A DNA stretch of 64,000 nucleotides from Squalus acanthias (Eukaryota): positions 61,754,001 to 61,818,000 of the forward strand of contig CM059438.1 in assembly GCA_030390025.1 (NCBI GenBank), read 5' to 3'. Of the stretch, positions 49,680 through 62,200 are shown in pieces. Every line of letters starts with the position of its first letter. Position 1 is the stretch's first letter. Below the pieces are notes generated by a model. It worked only from the letters and a program-made list of their open reading frames with translations. It was not told the origin of the DNA and did not search any database. The position numbers and the translations under genes were made by a program.

Positions 49680-51086
49680 GAGAGAAAACGGGGAATTATA
49701 GACCGGTAAGCCTGACATCGGTAGTGGGGAAAATGCTAGAGTCCATTATAAAAGATGTAATAGCAGAGCACTTAGAAAACAGTGACAGGATCGGACAAAG
49801 TCAACACGGATTTACAAAAGGTAAATCATGCTTGACTAATCTACTGGAATTTTTTGAGGATGTAACTGGTAGAATAGATAAGGGAGAACCAGTGGATGTG
49901 GTGTATTTGGACTTTCAGAAGGCTTTTGATAAGGTCCCGCATAAGAGATTGGCATGCAAAGTTAAAGCACATGGGATTGGGGGTAAGGTACTGACTTGGA
50001 TAGAGAACTGGTTGGCAGACAGGAAGCAAAGAGTTGGAATAAACGGGTCTTTTTCTGAGTGGCAGGCAGTGATTAGTGGGGTACCGCAGGGATCGGTGCT
50101 AGTTCCCCAGCTATTCACAATATATATTAATGATCTAGATGAGGGAACTAGATGTAATATCTCCAAGTTTGCAGATGACACAAAGCTGGGTGGGCGTGTG
50201 TGCTGTGAGGAGGATGCAGAGAAACTCCAGTTGGGTGATTGGGCAGATGCATGGCAGATGCAGTATAATGTGGATAAATGCGAAGTTATCCAGTTTGGTG
50301 ACAAAAACAGGAAGACAGATTATTATCTGAATGGCAATAGATTGGGAAAAGGGGAAATGCAACGAGACCTGGGTGCCCTTGTGCACCAGTCGCTGAAGGT
50401 AAGTATGCAGGTGCAGCAGGCGGTTAAGAAGGCAAATGGTATGTTGGCCTTCATAGCGAGAGGATTCGAGTACAGGAGCAAGGATGTCTTGCTGCAGTTC
50501 TACAGGGCCTTGGTGAGACCACACCTTGAGTATTGTGTGCAGTTTTGGTCGCCTTATCTGAGAAAGGATGTTCTTGCCATGGAGGGAGTGCAGCGAAGAT
50601 TCACCAGACTGATACCTGGGATGGCAGGAATGACGTATGAAGAGAGATTGGGTCGATTGGGCTTATAATCGCTAGAGTTTAGAAGAATGAGAGGGGATCT
50701 CATTGAAACTTATAAAATTCTAACAGGACTAGACAGACTAGATGCAGGAAGGATGTTCCCGATGGCGGGGGAGTCCAGAACCAGGGGTCACAGTCTAAGG
50801 ATAAGGGGTAAGCCATTTAGGACTGAGATGAGGAGGAATTTCTTCACCCAGAGAGCGGTGAACCTGTGGAATTCTCTACCACAGAAGGCAGTTGAGGCCA
50901 ATTCATTAAATATATTCAAGAAGGAGTTAGATATATTTCTTAAGGCTAAAGGGACCAAGGGATATGGGGAGAAAGCAGGGACAGGGTACTGAATTTGGAT
51001 GATCAGCCATGATCGCATTAAATGGCGGAACGGGCTCGAGAGGCCGAATGGCCTACTCCTGCTCCTATCTTCTATGTTTCTATGTT
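49680..51086 (+). mobile_element. CR1 LINE 3' half (RT), young
   Basis: 314-aa ORF with YLDFQKAFDKVPH, GVPQGSVL, KFADD; near-identical to 8000-8865 where they overlap. Confidence 0.96.
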
Positions 51087-51097
51087 TAACAACATCT

Positions 51098-54000
51098 AGG
51101 CAAGTGCCAAGCAATGACCATCTCCAACAAGCGAGAGCCTAAGCACCTCCTCTTGACATTCAGTGGCATTAGCATCACCGAATCCCCCACCATCAACATC
51201 CAGCGGGTCGCTATTGACCAGAAACTCAACTGGAACAGCTGCATGAATGCCATGGCTGCTACAGCAGGTCAGAGGCTGGGTATTCTGCAGCAAGTGACTC
51301 GCCTCCTGACTCCCCAAAGCCTCTCCACCACTTGGAAGGCACAAGCCAGGAGTCTGATGGAATATTCTCCAGTTGCCTGGATAGGTGCATTTGCAACAAC
51401 ATTCAAGAAGATCGACACCATCCAGGACAAAGCAGTCCGCAGCCCATCCACTGGTTTCTACATCCACTCCCTCCAGCCCTGGCAAACCGTGTCTGCAGTG
51501 TGTACCGTCTGCAAGATGCACTGCAGCAACTCACCAAGGCTTCATCAGCTGAAACTCCCAAACCCACGACCTCCACCAGCTGGAAGGACAAGGGCATCAG
51601 GAGCATGGGAACACCACCACCTCCAAGTTCCCCTCCAAGTCATCCTGACTTAGTCATATATCGCCGTTCCTTCATCGTTGGTGGGTCAAAATCCTTGAAC
51701 TCCAAATCCAGCAACACTTTGAGAGCACCTTCGCCACACGGACAGCAGTGGTTAAAGTAGAAGTCCCATCACAACCTACACAAGGGCATCTAGAGAAGGG
51801 GAAATAAATGCTGGTATTGCCAGCGACACCCACATCCTGAAAATGAATAAAAAAACAGGGAAAGGGATCGTCTAACCCTGTGAAAGTTACTACAGACCCA
51901 GCAATGCACAGTAACCCCCAAACCAAACCTTCTCAAAGCCTTTACCTTTCAACTGGGATCTTTAAGGTTCCTTTAAGATTCATGTTCAATTCCAAGCAAG
52001 ACTTGGCATGGAAATCAGACAGGAATTCCTGCAACTATGCACTGGCAATGGTGCTCACTGGCCTGTCAGGAAGATCTCGTAGGTGAGTGCGGCAGAAATG
52101 GGAAATGCAGATTTCCCTTAAGGACACTGAAGATTACTTATTCAGAGCAAGTGCCTGAGGCATAAGTCGCAAATCAGACATGCAGAGGGGTCACAAGGAC
52201 CCCTGCCAAGGTCCTACCCACAGACGTTCCTGCTCAACAGCAAGTTTCGTTCGTATATTCATAAAGTGCCAGACAATTACTATCTCCAACAGGAGAGAGA
52301 CTGAACACCTCCCATTTACATTCAATGGCATTATCATCGTCTTTTTTCCCACCATCAACATCCTGGGGGTCACCATTGACCAGAAACTCAAGTGGACCAG
52401 CCACATAAATGCCGAGGCTACTAGAACAGGTTAGAGGCTGGGTATTCTGTGACAAGTGACTCCCCTCCTGACTCCTCAAAGCCTTTCCACCACCTTCAAG
52501 GCACAAGTCGGGAGTGTGATCAATACTCTCCACTTGCCTGAAGGGGTGCAGCTCCAACAACACTCAAGAAGCTCAAAATCATTCAGGACAAAGCAGTCCA
52601 CTCGATCGGCACTTTATCCAACATCTTAAACATCAACTCCCTCCATCACCGGTGCACCGTGGCTGCAGTGTGTACCATCTGCAAGATGCACTGCAGCAAC
52701 TCATCAAGGCTTCTTCGACAGCACCTCCCAAACCCATGGCTTACATCAACCTAGAAGGACAAGGGTAGTAGGTGCATGGAAACACCATCACCTCCAAGTT
52801 CCCCTTCAAGTCACACTCCATCCTGACTTGGAAATATATCGCCGTTCCTTCATCATTGATGGGTCAAAATCCTGGAACTACCTACCCAACACCACTGTGG
52901 GAGTACCTTCACCACATGGACTGCAGTGGTTCAAGTAAATGTCCCATCACCACCTTCTCAAGGGCAACTAGGGAAAAGGAAATAAATGCTGGTATTGCCA
53001 GCGACACCCACATCCCAAGAATAAATAAAAAAACAACAGGGTAAGGGATCGCCTAACCCTGTGAAATTTAATACAGACTCAACAATACACAGTAACCTCC
53101 CCCACCAAACCTTCTGACAGCCTTTAACTTTCAAAAGGAATCAGGAACAGACTCATGTTCAATTCCGAGCAAGACTTGGCACAGAAATCAGACAGACATT
53201 CCTGCAACTGTCCACTGGCAACAGAGCTCACTGGTCTGGCAATGTGAAAGATCTCGCAGGTGAGTGTGGGGGAAATAGGAAATGCAGATTTCCCTTAAGG
53301 ACACTGAAGATTACTGATTCAGAACAAGTGTCTGAGTTCTGAGTCACAAATCAAATATGGAGAGGGATCACAAGGACCCCTGCCAAGGTCCTGTCCACAG
53401 ACATTCCTGGTCAACAAGGCGCTCCATTCAGAAATTTATAAAGTGCCTTTCAATGACCATCTCCAAAAAGAGAGAGCCTAAACACCTCATCTGACCTTCA
53501 ATGGCATTGCCATTGTCTTTCCTCCCACCATCAATATCCTGGGGATCACCATTGACCAGAAACTCAACTGGGCCAGCCACATAAATGCCGAGGCTATTAT
53601 AGCAGGTCAGAGGCTGGGTATTCTGCGGTATGTGACTCCCCTCCTGACTCCCCAAAGACTTTCCACCGTCTACAAGGCACAAGTCAGGAGTGTGAGGGAA
53701 TACTCTCCACTTACTTGAAGCGGTGCAACAACATTCAATAAGCTCAACACCAGCCAGGACGAAGCAGCCTACTTGATCAGCACCACATCTACCACCAATT
53801 CTGGCCTCTTACACATCCCCGATTTTAATCACTCCACCATTGGCTTCGTGATTTCAGCTGCCAAGGTTCAAGCTCTGGAATTCCCTCCCTAAACCTCGCC
53901 GCCTCTCTACCTCTCTTTTCTTCTTTAAGAGGCTGCTTAAAATGTACCTCTACCAGTACTATTATCTCCTTATGTGGCTTGGTCACATTTTGTTTGATAA

Positions 54001-54574
54001 TCCTCCTGTGAAGCGCCTTGGGATGGTTTACTACATTAAAGGCGGTATAAATTCAAGTTGTTGTTGTTGTTGTTGTTTTTAAGCATCCACCCCATCCACC
54101 ACCTTAAACATTCACTCACTCCACCACCGGCGCACCGTGGCTGCAGTGTGTACCATCTACAAGATGCACCGCGGCAACTCGCCAAGGCTTCTTCGCACCA
54201 TCTCCCAGACTCGCGACCTCCACCAACTAGAAGGACAAGGGCAGCAGGTGCATGGGAACACCACCACCTCCAAGTTTCCTTCAAAGTCACACACCATCCT
54301 GACTTGGAAATATATCGCCGTTCCTTCATCGTCGCTGGGTCAAAATCCTGGATCGTCCTACCTAACAGCACTGTGGGAGTACCTTCACCACACGGACTGC
54401 AGCGGTTCAAGAAGAAGATCTGCCACCTCTTTCTCAAGGACAACTAGGGATGGGCAATAAATGCCGGACTTGCCAGCAATGCCCACACCCCAAGAATGAG
54501 TTTAAAAAAAGCAACAGGGAAAGGAATCATCTAACCTTGTGAAAGTTACCAGAGACCCAGCAATAGACAATAAC

Positions 54575-54605
<31 letters not shown>

Positions 54606-54948
54606 ACAAAACCAAAACTTCTGAAAGCCTTTACTTTCCAACTGGGATCAGGTCTCTTTAAGACTTGTGTTCGATTCTGAGCAAGACTTGGCGCGGAAAT
54701 CAGACAGACATTCCTGCAACTGTGCACTGGCAACGGAGCTCGCTGTTCTGTCAACGTGAAAGATCTCGCAGATGAGTGCAGGAGAAATGGGAAGTGCCGA
54801 GTTCCGTTAAGGACACTGAAGGCTTAATTACGGATTCAGAGCAAGTGTCTGAGTCGCATATCAGACATGGAGAGGGGTCACAAGGACCCCTGCCAAGGTC
54901 TTGCTCAGAGACGTTCCTGCTCAACAGCGAGCTCCATTCATAAATTCC
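51098..54948 (+). repeat. Diverged tandem triplication of a ~1.2-kb unit (LINE 3' fragment plus ~400-bp unassigned segment)
   Basis: Unassigned segment at 51857-52262, 53034-53440 and 54511-54948, each preceded by the same LINE fragment; the third unit carries an L2 insert. Confidence 0.9.
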
Positions 54949-55854
54949 AGAACAAGGCGCACTGAGGGAGGGCACAGTTTGTGCTGTGTTGATGTTATTC
55001 AAGGTCGTAGAGAATTTCCGATGCACGTCATCTAAACAGCAGTCTGACCACTAGTTTGATCGACTGTGTAATCGCCCGTCTGAATGCCATATCTGCCTTT
55101 TGAGGGAGAGTATAATGGCAATTTCAGGCATCTTACAAGTCACTTCTTGTGATATCTTTACATTTAAATTTCTCATTGTTAGATTGTGCGCAAATCCCTA
55201 CATTACAACAGTGACTACACTTCAAAAGTACCTCAGTGGCTGTAAAGCGCTTTGGATCGTCTTGAGGTCGTGAAAGGCGCTATATAAATGCAAGTCCGTT
55301 CTTTTCTTTCTATTGTTAGATTGACGCACTGGGATTATCTAACACAGGTACAATCCACTGAGTGCTGATTTTGCTGCAGGGAGCCACAGACACACACACA
55401 CACACTCCCAAAGGCACTGAGGGACAATGGAAGGGAGTGGCCCCCACCCACCCAGTCTGCACTGGTGAACAGCCAATCCATGCGAGCAGTGGCAGAGCCC
55501 CAGTGAGCAGATCGCTCCCTCTGGGCCGCTGCTGCTGTATGGCAATGCTGTTCAAACTCTTTTGCATCGGGGGTCCGCTTGCAAATCTCAAGGACCCACC
55601 CCCGTCCTAACTTCTGAAAGATTGTCAGCCATCCAGAGGGAATTAGTGCAAAAGAAATGTCTTATTAGTAGAATACACCAATGCAAAGAACTCGCTGGTA
55701 AATCAATACATACAGCAATATTCAGAAATCTGATGACAGAAGAACCACCTCTTGTTCCCATGCGGACCTGGAGTCCCCAGTTTGAAAATGGTAGTTTAGG
55801 ATCCAAGGAGGCCAGATGGAATGAAGAGATAATGGAGGGTCCCTTTTTTAATAG

Positions 55855-56232
55855 CAAGAAAGAACTTGCATTTATATAGCGCCTTTCAAGACCTCCAGGT
55901 GTTCCAAAGCGCTTTACAGCCAATTAAGTACTTTTTAAGTTTAGTCGCTGTTATAATGTAGGGAAACGAGGCAGCCAATTTGTGCTCAGCAAGCTCCCAC
56001 AAACAGCAATGAGATAATCTGTTTCAGTGATGTTGGTTGAGGGATAAATATTGGCCAGGACACTGGGGAGAACTCCCCTGCTCATCTTCGAATACGGCCA
56101 TGGGTACACTTAAGTCCAACTGAGAGAGCAGACCGGCCTCAGATTAATGTCTCATCCGAAAGATGGCATCTTCGACAGTGCAGCACTCCCTCAGTGTCAG
56201 CCTAGATTGTGTGCTCAAGTCTCTGGAGTGGG
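55855..56232 (-). mobile_element. Deu-domain SINE, head truncated
   Basis: Similarity to 37340-37805. Confidence 0.82.
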
Positions 56233-56280
56233 GCATTGGTTCGATCCCTGGGCTGTGATGAGTTAGCCCATCTCGGTCAG

Positions 56281-59200
56281 GGAGATATCTGTACACTGGT
56301 GTCAATGGGGAGATATCTGTACACTGATTGGTGTCAATGAGGAGTTATCGAAACACTGGTGTCAATGGGGAGATATCTATACACTGATTGGTGTCAATGG
56401 GGAGATATCTGTACACTGATAGGTGTCAATGGGGAGATATCTGTACACTGATTGGCGTCAATGGGGAGATATCTGTACACTGATTGGTGTCATGAGGAGA
56501 TATCTGTACACTGATTGGCGTCAATGGGGAGATATCTGTGCACTGATTGGTGTCAATGGGGAGATATCTGTACACTGATTGGCATCAATGGGGAGATATC
56601 TGTACACTGATTGGTGTCAATGGGGAGATATCTGTACACTGATTGGTGTCAATGGGGAGATATCTGTACACTGATTGGCGTCAATGGGGAGATATCTGTG
56701 CACTGATTGGCATCAATGAGGAGATATCTGTGCACTGATTGGTGTCAATGAGGAGATATCTGTGCACTGATTGGTGTCAATGAGGAGATGTCAGTGCACT
56801 GATTGGCGTCAATGAGGAGATATCTGTGCACTGATTGGTGTCAATGAGGAGATATCAGTGCACTGATTGGTGTCAATGAGGAGATATCTGTACACTGATT
56901 GGTGTCAATGAGGTGATATCTGTGCACTGATTGGTGTCAATGGGGAGATATCTGTGCACTGATTGGTGTCAATGAGGAGATATCTGTGCACTGATTGAGG
57001 TCAATGGGGAGATATCTGTACACTGATTGGTGTCAATGGGGAGATATCTGTGCACTGATTGGTGTCAATGAGGAGATATCTGTACACTGATTGGCATCAA
57101 TGAGGAGATATCTGTGCACTGATTGGTGTCAATGAGGAGATGTCAGTGCACTGATTGGTGTCAATGGGGAGATATCTGTGCACTGATTGGTGTCAATGAG
57201 GAGATGTCAGTGCACTGATTGGCGTCAATGAGGAGATATCTGTGCACTGATTGGTGTCAATGAGGAGATATCTGTGCACTGATTGGTGTCAATGAGGCGA
57301 TATCTGTACACTGATTGGTGTCAATGGGGAGATATCTGTACACTGATTGGTGTCAATGAGGAGATATCTGTGCACTGATTGGTGTCAATGGGGAGATATC
57401 TGTACACTGATTGGTGTCAATGGGGAGATATCTGTACACTGATTGGTGTCAATGGGGAGATATCTGTGCACTGATTGGCGTCAATGGGGAGATATCTGTG
57501 CACTGATTGGTGTCAATGAGGAGTTATCAGTGCACTGATTGGTGTCAATGAGGAGATATCTGTACACTGATTGGTGTCAATGAGGAGATATCTGTGCACT
57601 GATTGGTGTCAATGGGGAGATATCTGTGCACTGATTGGTGTCAATGAGGAGATATCTGTGCACTGATTGGTGTCAATGGGGAGATATCTATACACTGATT
57701 GGTGTCAATGGGGAGATATCTGTGCACTGATTGGTGTCAATGAGGAGATAACTGTGCACTGATTGGTGTCAATGGGGAAATATCTGTACACTGAATGGTG
57801 TCAATGGGGAGATATCTGTGCACTGATTGGTGTCAATGAGGAGATATCTGTACACTGATTGGCATCAATGAGGAAATATCTGTGCACTGATTGGTTTCAA
57901 TGAGGAGATGTCAGTGCACTGATTGGTGTCAATGAGGAGATATCTGTGCACTGATTGGTATCAATGAGGAGATGTCAGTGCACTGATTGGCGTCAATAAG
58001 GAGCATATCTGTGCACTGATTGGTGTCAATGAGGAGATATCAGTGCACTGATTGGTGTCAATGAGGCGATTTCTGTGCACTGATTGGTGTCAATGAGGAG
58101 ATATCTGTACACTGATTGGTGTCAATGAGGAGACTGTACACTGATTGGTGTCAATGGGGAAATATCTGTACACTGATTGGTGTCAATGGGAAGATATCTG
58201 TGCACTGATTGGTGTCAATGAGGAGATATCTGTACACTGATTTATGTCAATGAGGAGATATCAGTGCACTGATTGGTGTCATGAGGAGATATCTGTGCAC
58301 TGATTGCGTCAATAAGGAGATATCTGTGCCCTGATTGGTGTCAATGGGGAGATATCTGTACACTGATTGGTGTCAACGGGGAGATATCTGTACACTGATT
58401 GGTGTCAATGGGGAGATATCTGTGCACTGATTGGCGTCAATGGGGAGATATCTGTGCACTGATTGGTGTCAATGAGGAGATATCAGTGCACTGATTGGTG
58501 TCAATGAGGCGATATCTGTACACTGATTGGTGTCAATGAGGAGATATCTGTGCACTGATTGGTGTCAATGGGGAGATATCTGTGCACTGATTGGTGTCAA
58601 TGAGGAGATATCTGTGCACTGATTGGTGTCAATGAGGAGATATCTGTACACTGATTGGTGTCAATGAGGAGATATCTGTGCACTGATTGGTGTCAATGGG
58701 GAGATATCTGTGCACTGATTGGTGTCAATGAGGAGATATCTGTGCACTGATTGGTGTCAATGGGGAGATATCTGTACACTGATTGGTGTCAATGGGGAGA
58801 TATCTGTGCACTGATTGGTGTCAATGAGGAGATATCTGTACACTGATTGGCATCAATGAGGAGATATCTGTGCACTGATTGGCATCAATGAGGAGATGTC
58901 AGTGCACTGATTGGTGTCAATGAGGAGATATCTGTGCACTGATTGGTATCAATGAGGAGATGTCAGTACACTGATTTATGTCAATGAGGAGATATCAGTG
59001 CACTGATTGGTGTCATGAGGAGATATCTGTGCACTGATTGCGTCAATAAGGAGATATCTGTGCCCTGATTGGTGTCAATGGGGAGATATCTGTACACTGA
59101 TTGGTGTCAACGGGGAGATATCTGTACACTGATTGGTGTCAATGGGGAGATATCTGTGCACTGATTGGCGTCAATGGGGAGATATCTGTGCACTGATTGG

Positions 59201-62200
59201 TGTCAATGAGGAGATATCAGTGCACTGATTGGTGTCAATGAGGAGATATCTGTACACTGATTGGTGTCAATGAGGAGATATCTGTGCACTGATTGGTGTC
59301 AATGGGGAGATATCTGTGCACTGATTGGTGTCAATGAGGAGATATCTGTGCACTGATTGGTGTCAATGAGGAGATATCTGTACACTGATTGGTGTCAATG
59401 AGGAGATATCTGTGCACTGATTGGTGTCAATGGGGAGATATCTGTGCACTGATTGGTGTCAATGAGGAGATATCTGTGCACTGATTGGTGTCAATGGGGA
59501 GATATCTGTACACTGATTGGTGTCAATGGGGAGATATCTGTGCACTGATTGGTGTCAATGAGGAGATATCTGTACACTGATTGGCATCAATGAGGAGATA
59601 TCTGTGCACTGATTGGCATCAATGAGGAGATGTCAGTGCACTGATTGGTGTCAATGAGGAGATATCTGTGCACTGATTGGTATCAATGAGGAGATGTCAG
59701 TGCACTGATTGGCATCAATGAGGAGATATCTGTGCACTGATTGGTGTCAATGAGGAGATATCAGTGCACTGATTGGTGTCATGAGGAGATATCTGTGCAC
59801 TGATTGGCGTCAATGGGGAGATATCTGTGCACTGATTGGTGTCAATGAGGAGATGTCAGTGCACTGATTGGCGTCAATGAGGAGATATCTGTGCACTGAT
59901 TGGTGTCAATGAGGAGATATCTGTGCACTGATTGGTGTCAATGAGGCGATATCTGTACACTGATTGGTGTCAATGGGGAGATATCTGTACACTGATTGGT
60001 GTCAATGAGGAGATATCTGTACACTGATTGGTGTCAATGAGGAGATATCAGTGCACTGATTGGTGTCAATGAGGAGATATCTGTGCACTGATTGGTGTCA
60101 ATGGGGAGATATCTGTACACTGATTGGTGTCAATGGGGAGATATCTGTACACTGATTGGTGTCAATGGGGAGATATCTGTGCACTGATTGGCGTCAATGG
60201 GGAGATATCTGTGCACTGATTGGTGTCAATGAGGAGTTATCAGTGCACTGATTGGTGTCAATGAGGAGATATCTGTACACTGATTGGTGTCAATGAGGAG
60301 ATATCTGTGCACTGATTGGTGTCAATGGGGAGATATCTGTGCACTGATTGGTGTCAATGAGGAGATATCTGTGCACTGATTGGTGTCAATGGGGAGATAT
60401 CTATACACTGATTGGTGTCAATGGGGAGATATCTGTGCACTGATTGGTGTCAATGAGGAGATAACTGTGCACTGATTGGTGTCAATGGGGAAATATCTGT
60501 ACACTGAATGGTGTCAATGGGGAGATATCTGTGCACTGATTGGTGTCAATGAGGAGATATCTGTACACTGATTGGCATCAATGAGGAAATATCTGTGCAC
60601 TGATTGGTTTCAATGAGGAGATGTCAGTGCACTGATTGGTGTCAATGAGGAGATATCTGTGCACGGATTGGTATCAATGAGGAGATGTCAGTGCACTGAT
60701 TGGCGTCAATAAGGAGATATCTGTGCACTGATTGGTGTCAATGAGGAGATATCAGTGCACTGATTGGTGTCAATGAGGCGATTTCTGTGCACTGATTGGT
60801 GTCAATGAGGAGATATCTGTACACTGATTGGTGTCAATGAGGAGACTGTACACTGATTGGTGTCAATGGGGAAATATCTGTACACTGATTGGTGTCAATG
60901 GGAAGATATCTGTGCACTGATTGGTGTCAATGAGGAGATATCTGTACACTGATTTATGTCAATGAGGAGATATCAGTGCACTGATTGGTGTCATGAGGAG
61001 ATATCTGTGCACTGATTGCATCAATAAGGAGATATCTGTGCACTGATTGGTGTCAATGGGGAGATATCTGTACACTGATTGGTGTCAACGGGGAGATATC
61101 TGTACACTGATTGGTGTCAATGGGGAGATATCTGTGCACTGATTGGCGTCAATGGGGAGATATCTGTGCACTGATTGGTGTCAATGAGGAGATATCAGTG
61201 CACTGATTGGTGTCAATGAGGAGATATCTGTACACTGATTGGTGTCAATGAGGAGATATCTGTGCACTGATTGGTGTCAATGGGGAGATATCTGTGCACT
61301 GATTGGTGTCAATGAGGAGATATCTGTGCACTGATTGGTGTCAATGGGGAGATATCTGTACACTGATTGGTGTCAATGGGGAGATATCTGTGCACTGATT
61401 GGTGTCAATGAGGAGATATCTGTACACTGATTGGCATCAATGAGGAGATATCTGTGCACTGATTGGCATCAATGAGGAGATGTCAGTGCACTGATTGGTG
61501 TCAATGAGGAGATATCAGTGCACTGATTGGTGTCAATGAGGCGATTTCTGTGCACTGATTGGTGTCAATGAGGAGATATCTGTACACTGATTGGTGTCAA
61601 TGAGGAGACTGTACACTGATTGGTGTCAATGGGGAAATATCTGTACACTGATTGGTGTGAATGGGAAGATATCTGTGCACTGATTGGTGTCAATGAGGAG
61701 ATATCTGTACACTGATTGGTGTCAATGAGGAGATATCAGTGCACTGATTGGTGTCATGAGGAGATATCTGTGCACTGATTGGCGTCAATGGGGAGATATC
61801 GGTGCACTGATTGGTGTCAATGAGGAGTTATCAGTGCACTGATTGGTGTCAATGAGGAGATATCTGTACACTGATTGGTGTCAATGAGGAGATATCTGTG
61901 CACTGATTGGTGTCAATGGGGAGATATCTGTGCACTGATTGGTGTCAATGAGGAGATATCTGTGCACTGATTGGTGTCAATGGGGAGATATCTATACACT
62001 GATTGGTGTCAATGGGGAGATATCTGTGCACTGATTGGTGTCAATGAGGAGATAACTGTGCACTGATTGGTGTCAATGGGGAAATATCTGTACACTGAAT
62101 GGTATCAATGAGGAAATATCTGTGCACTGATTGGTTTCAATGAGGAGATGTCAGTGCACTGATTGGTGTCAATGAGGAGATATCTGTGCACTGATTGGCA

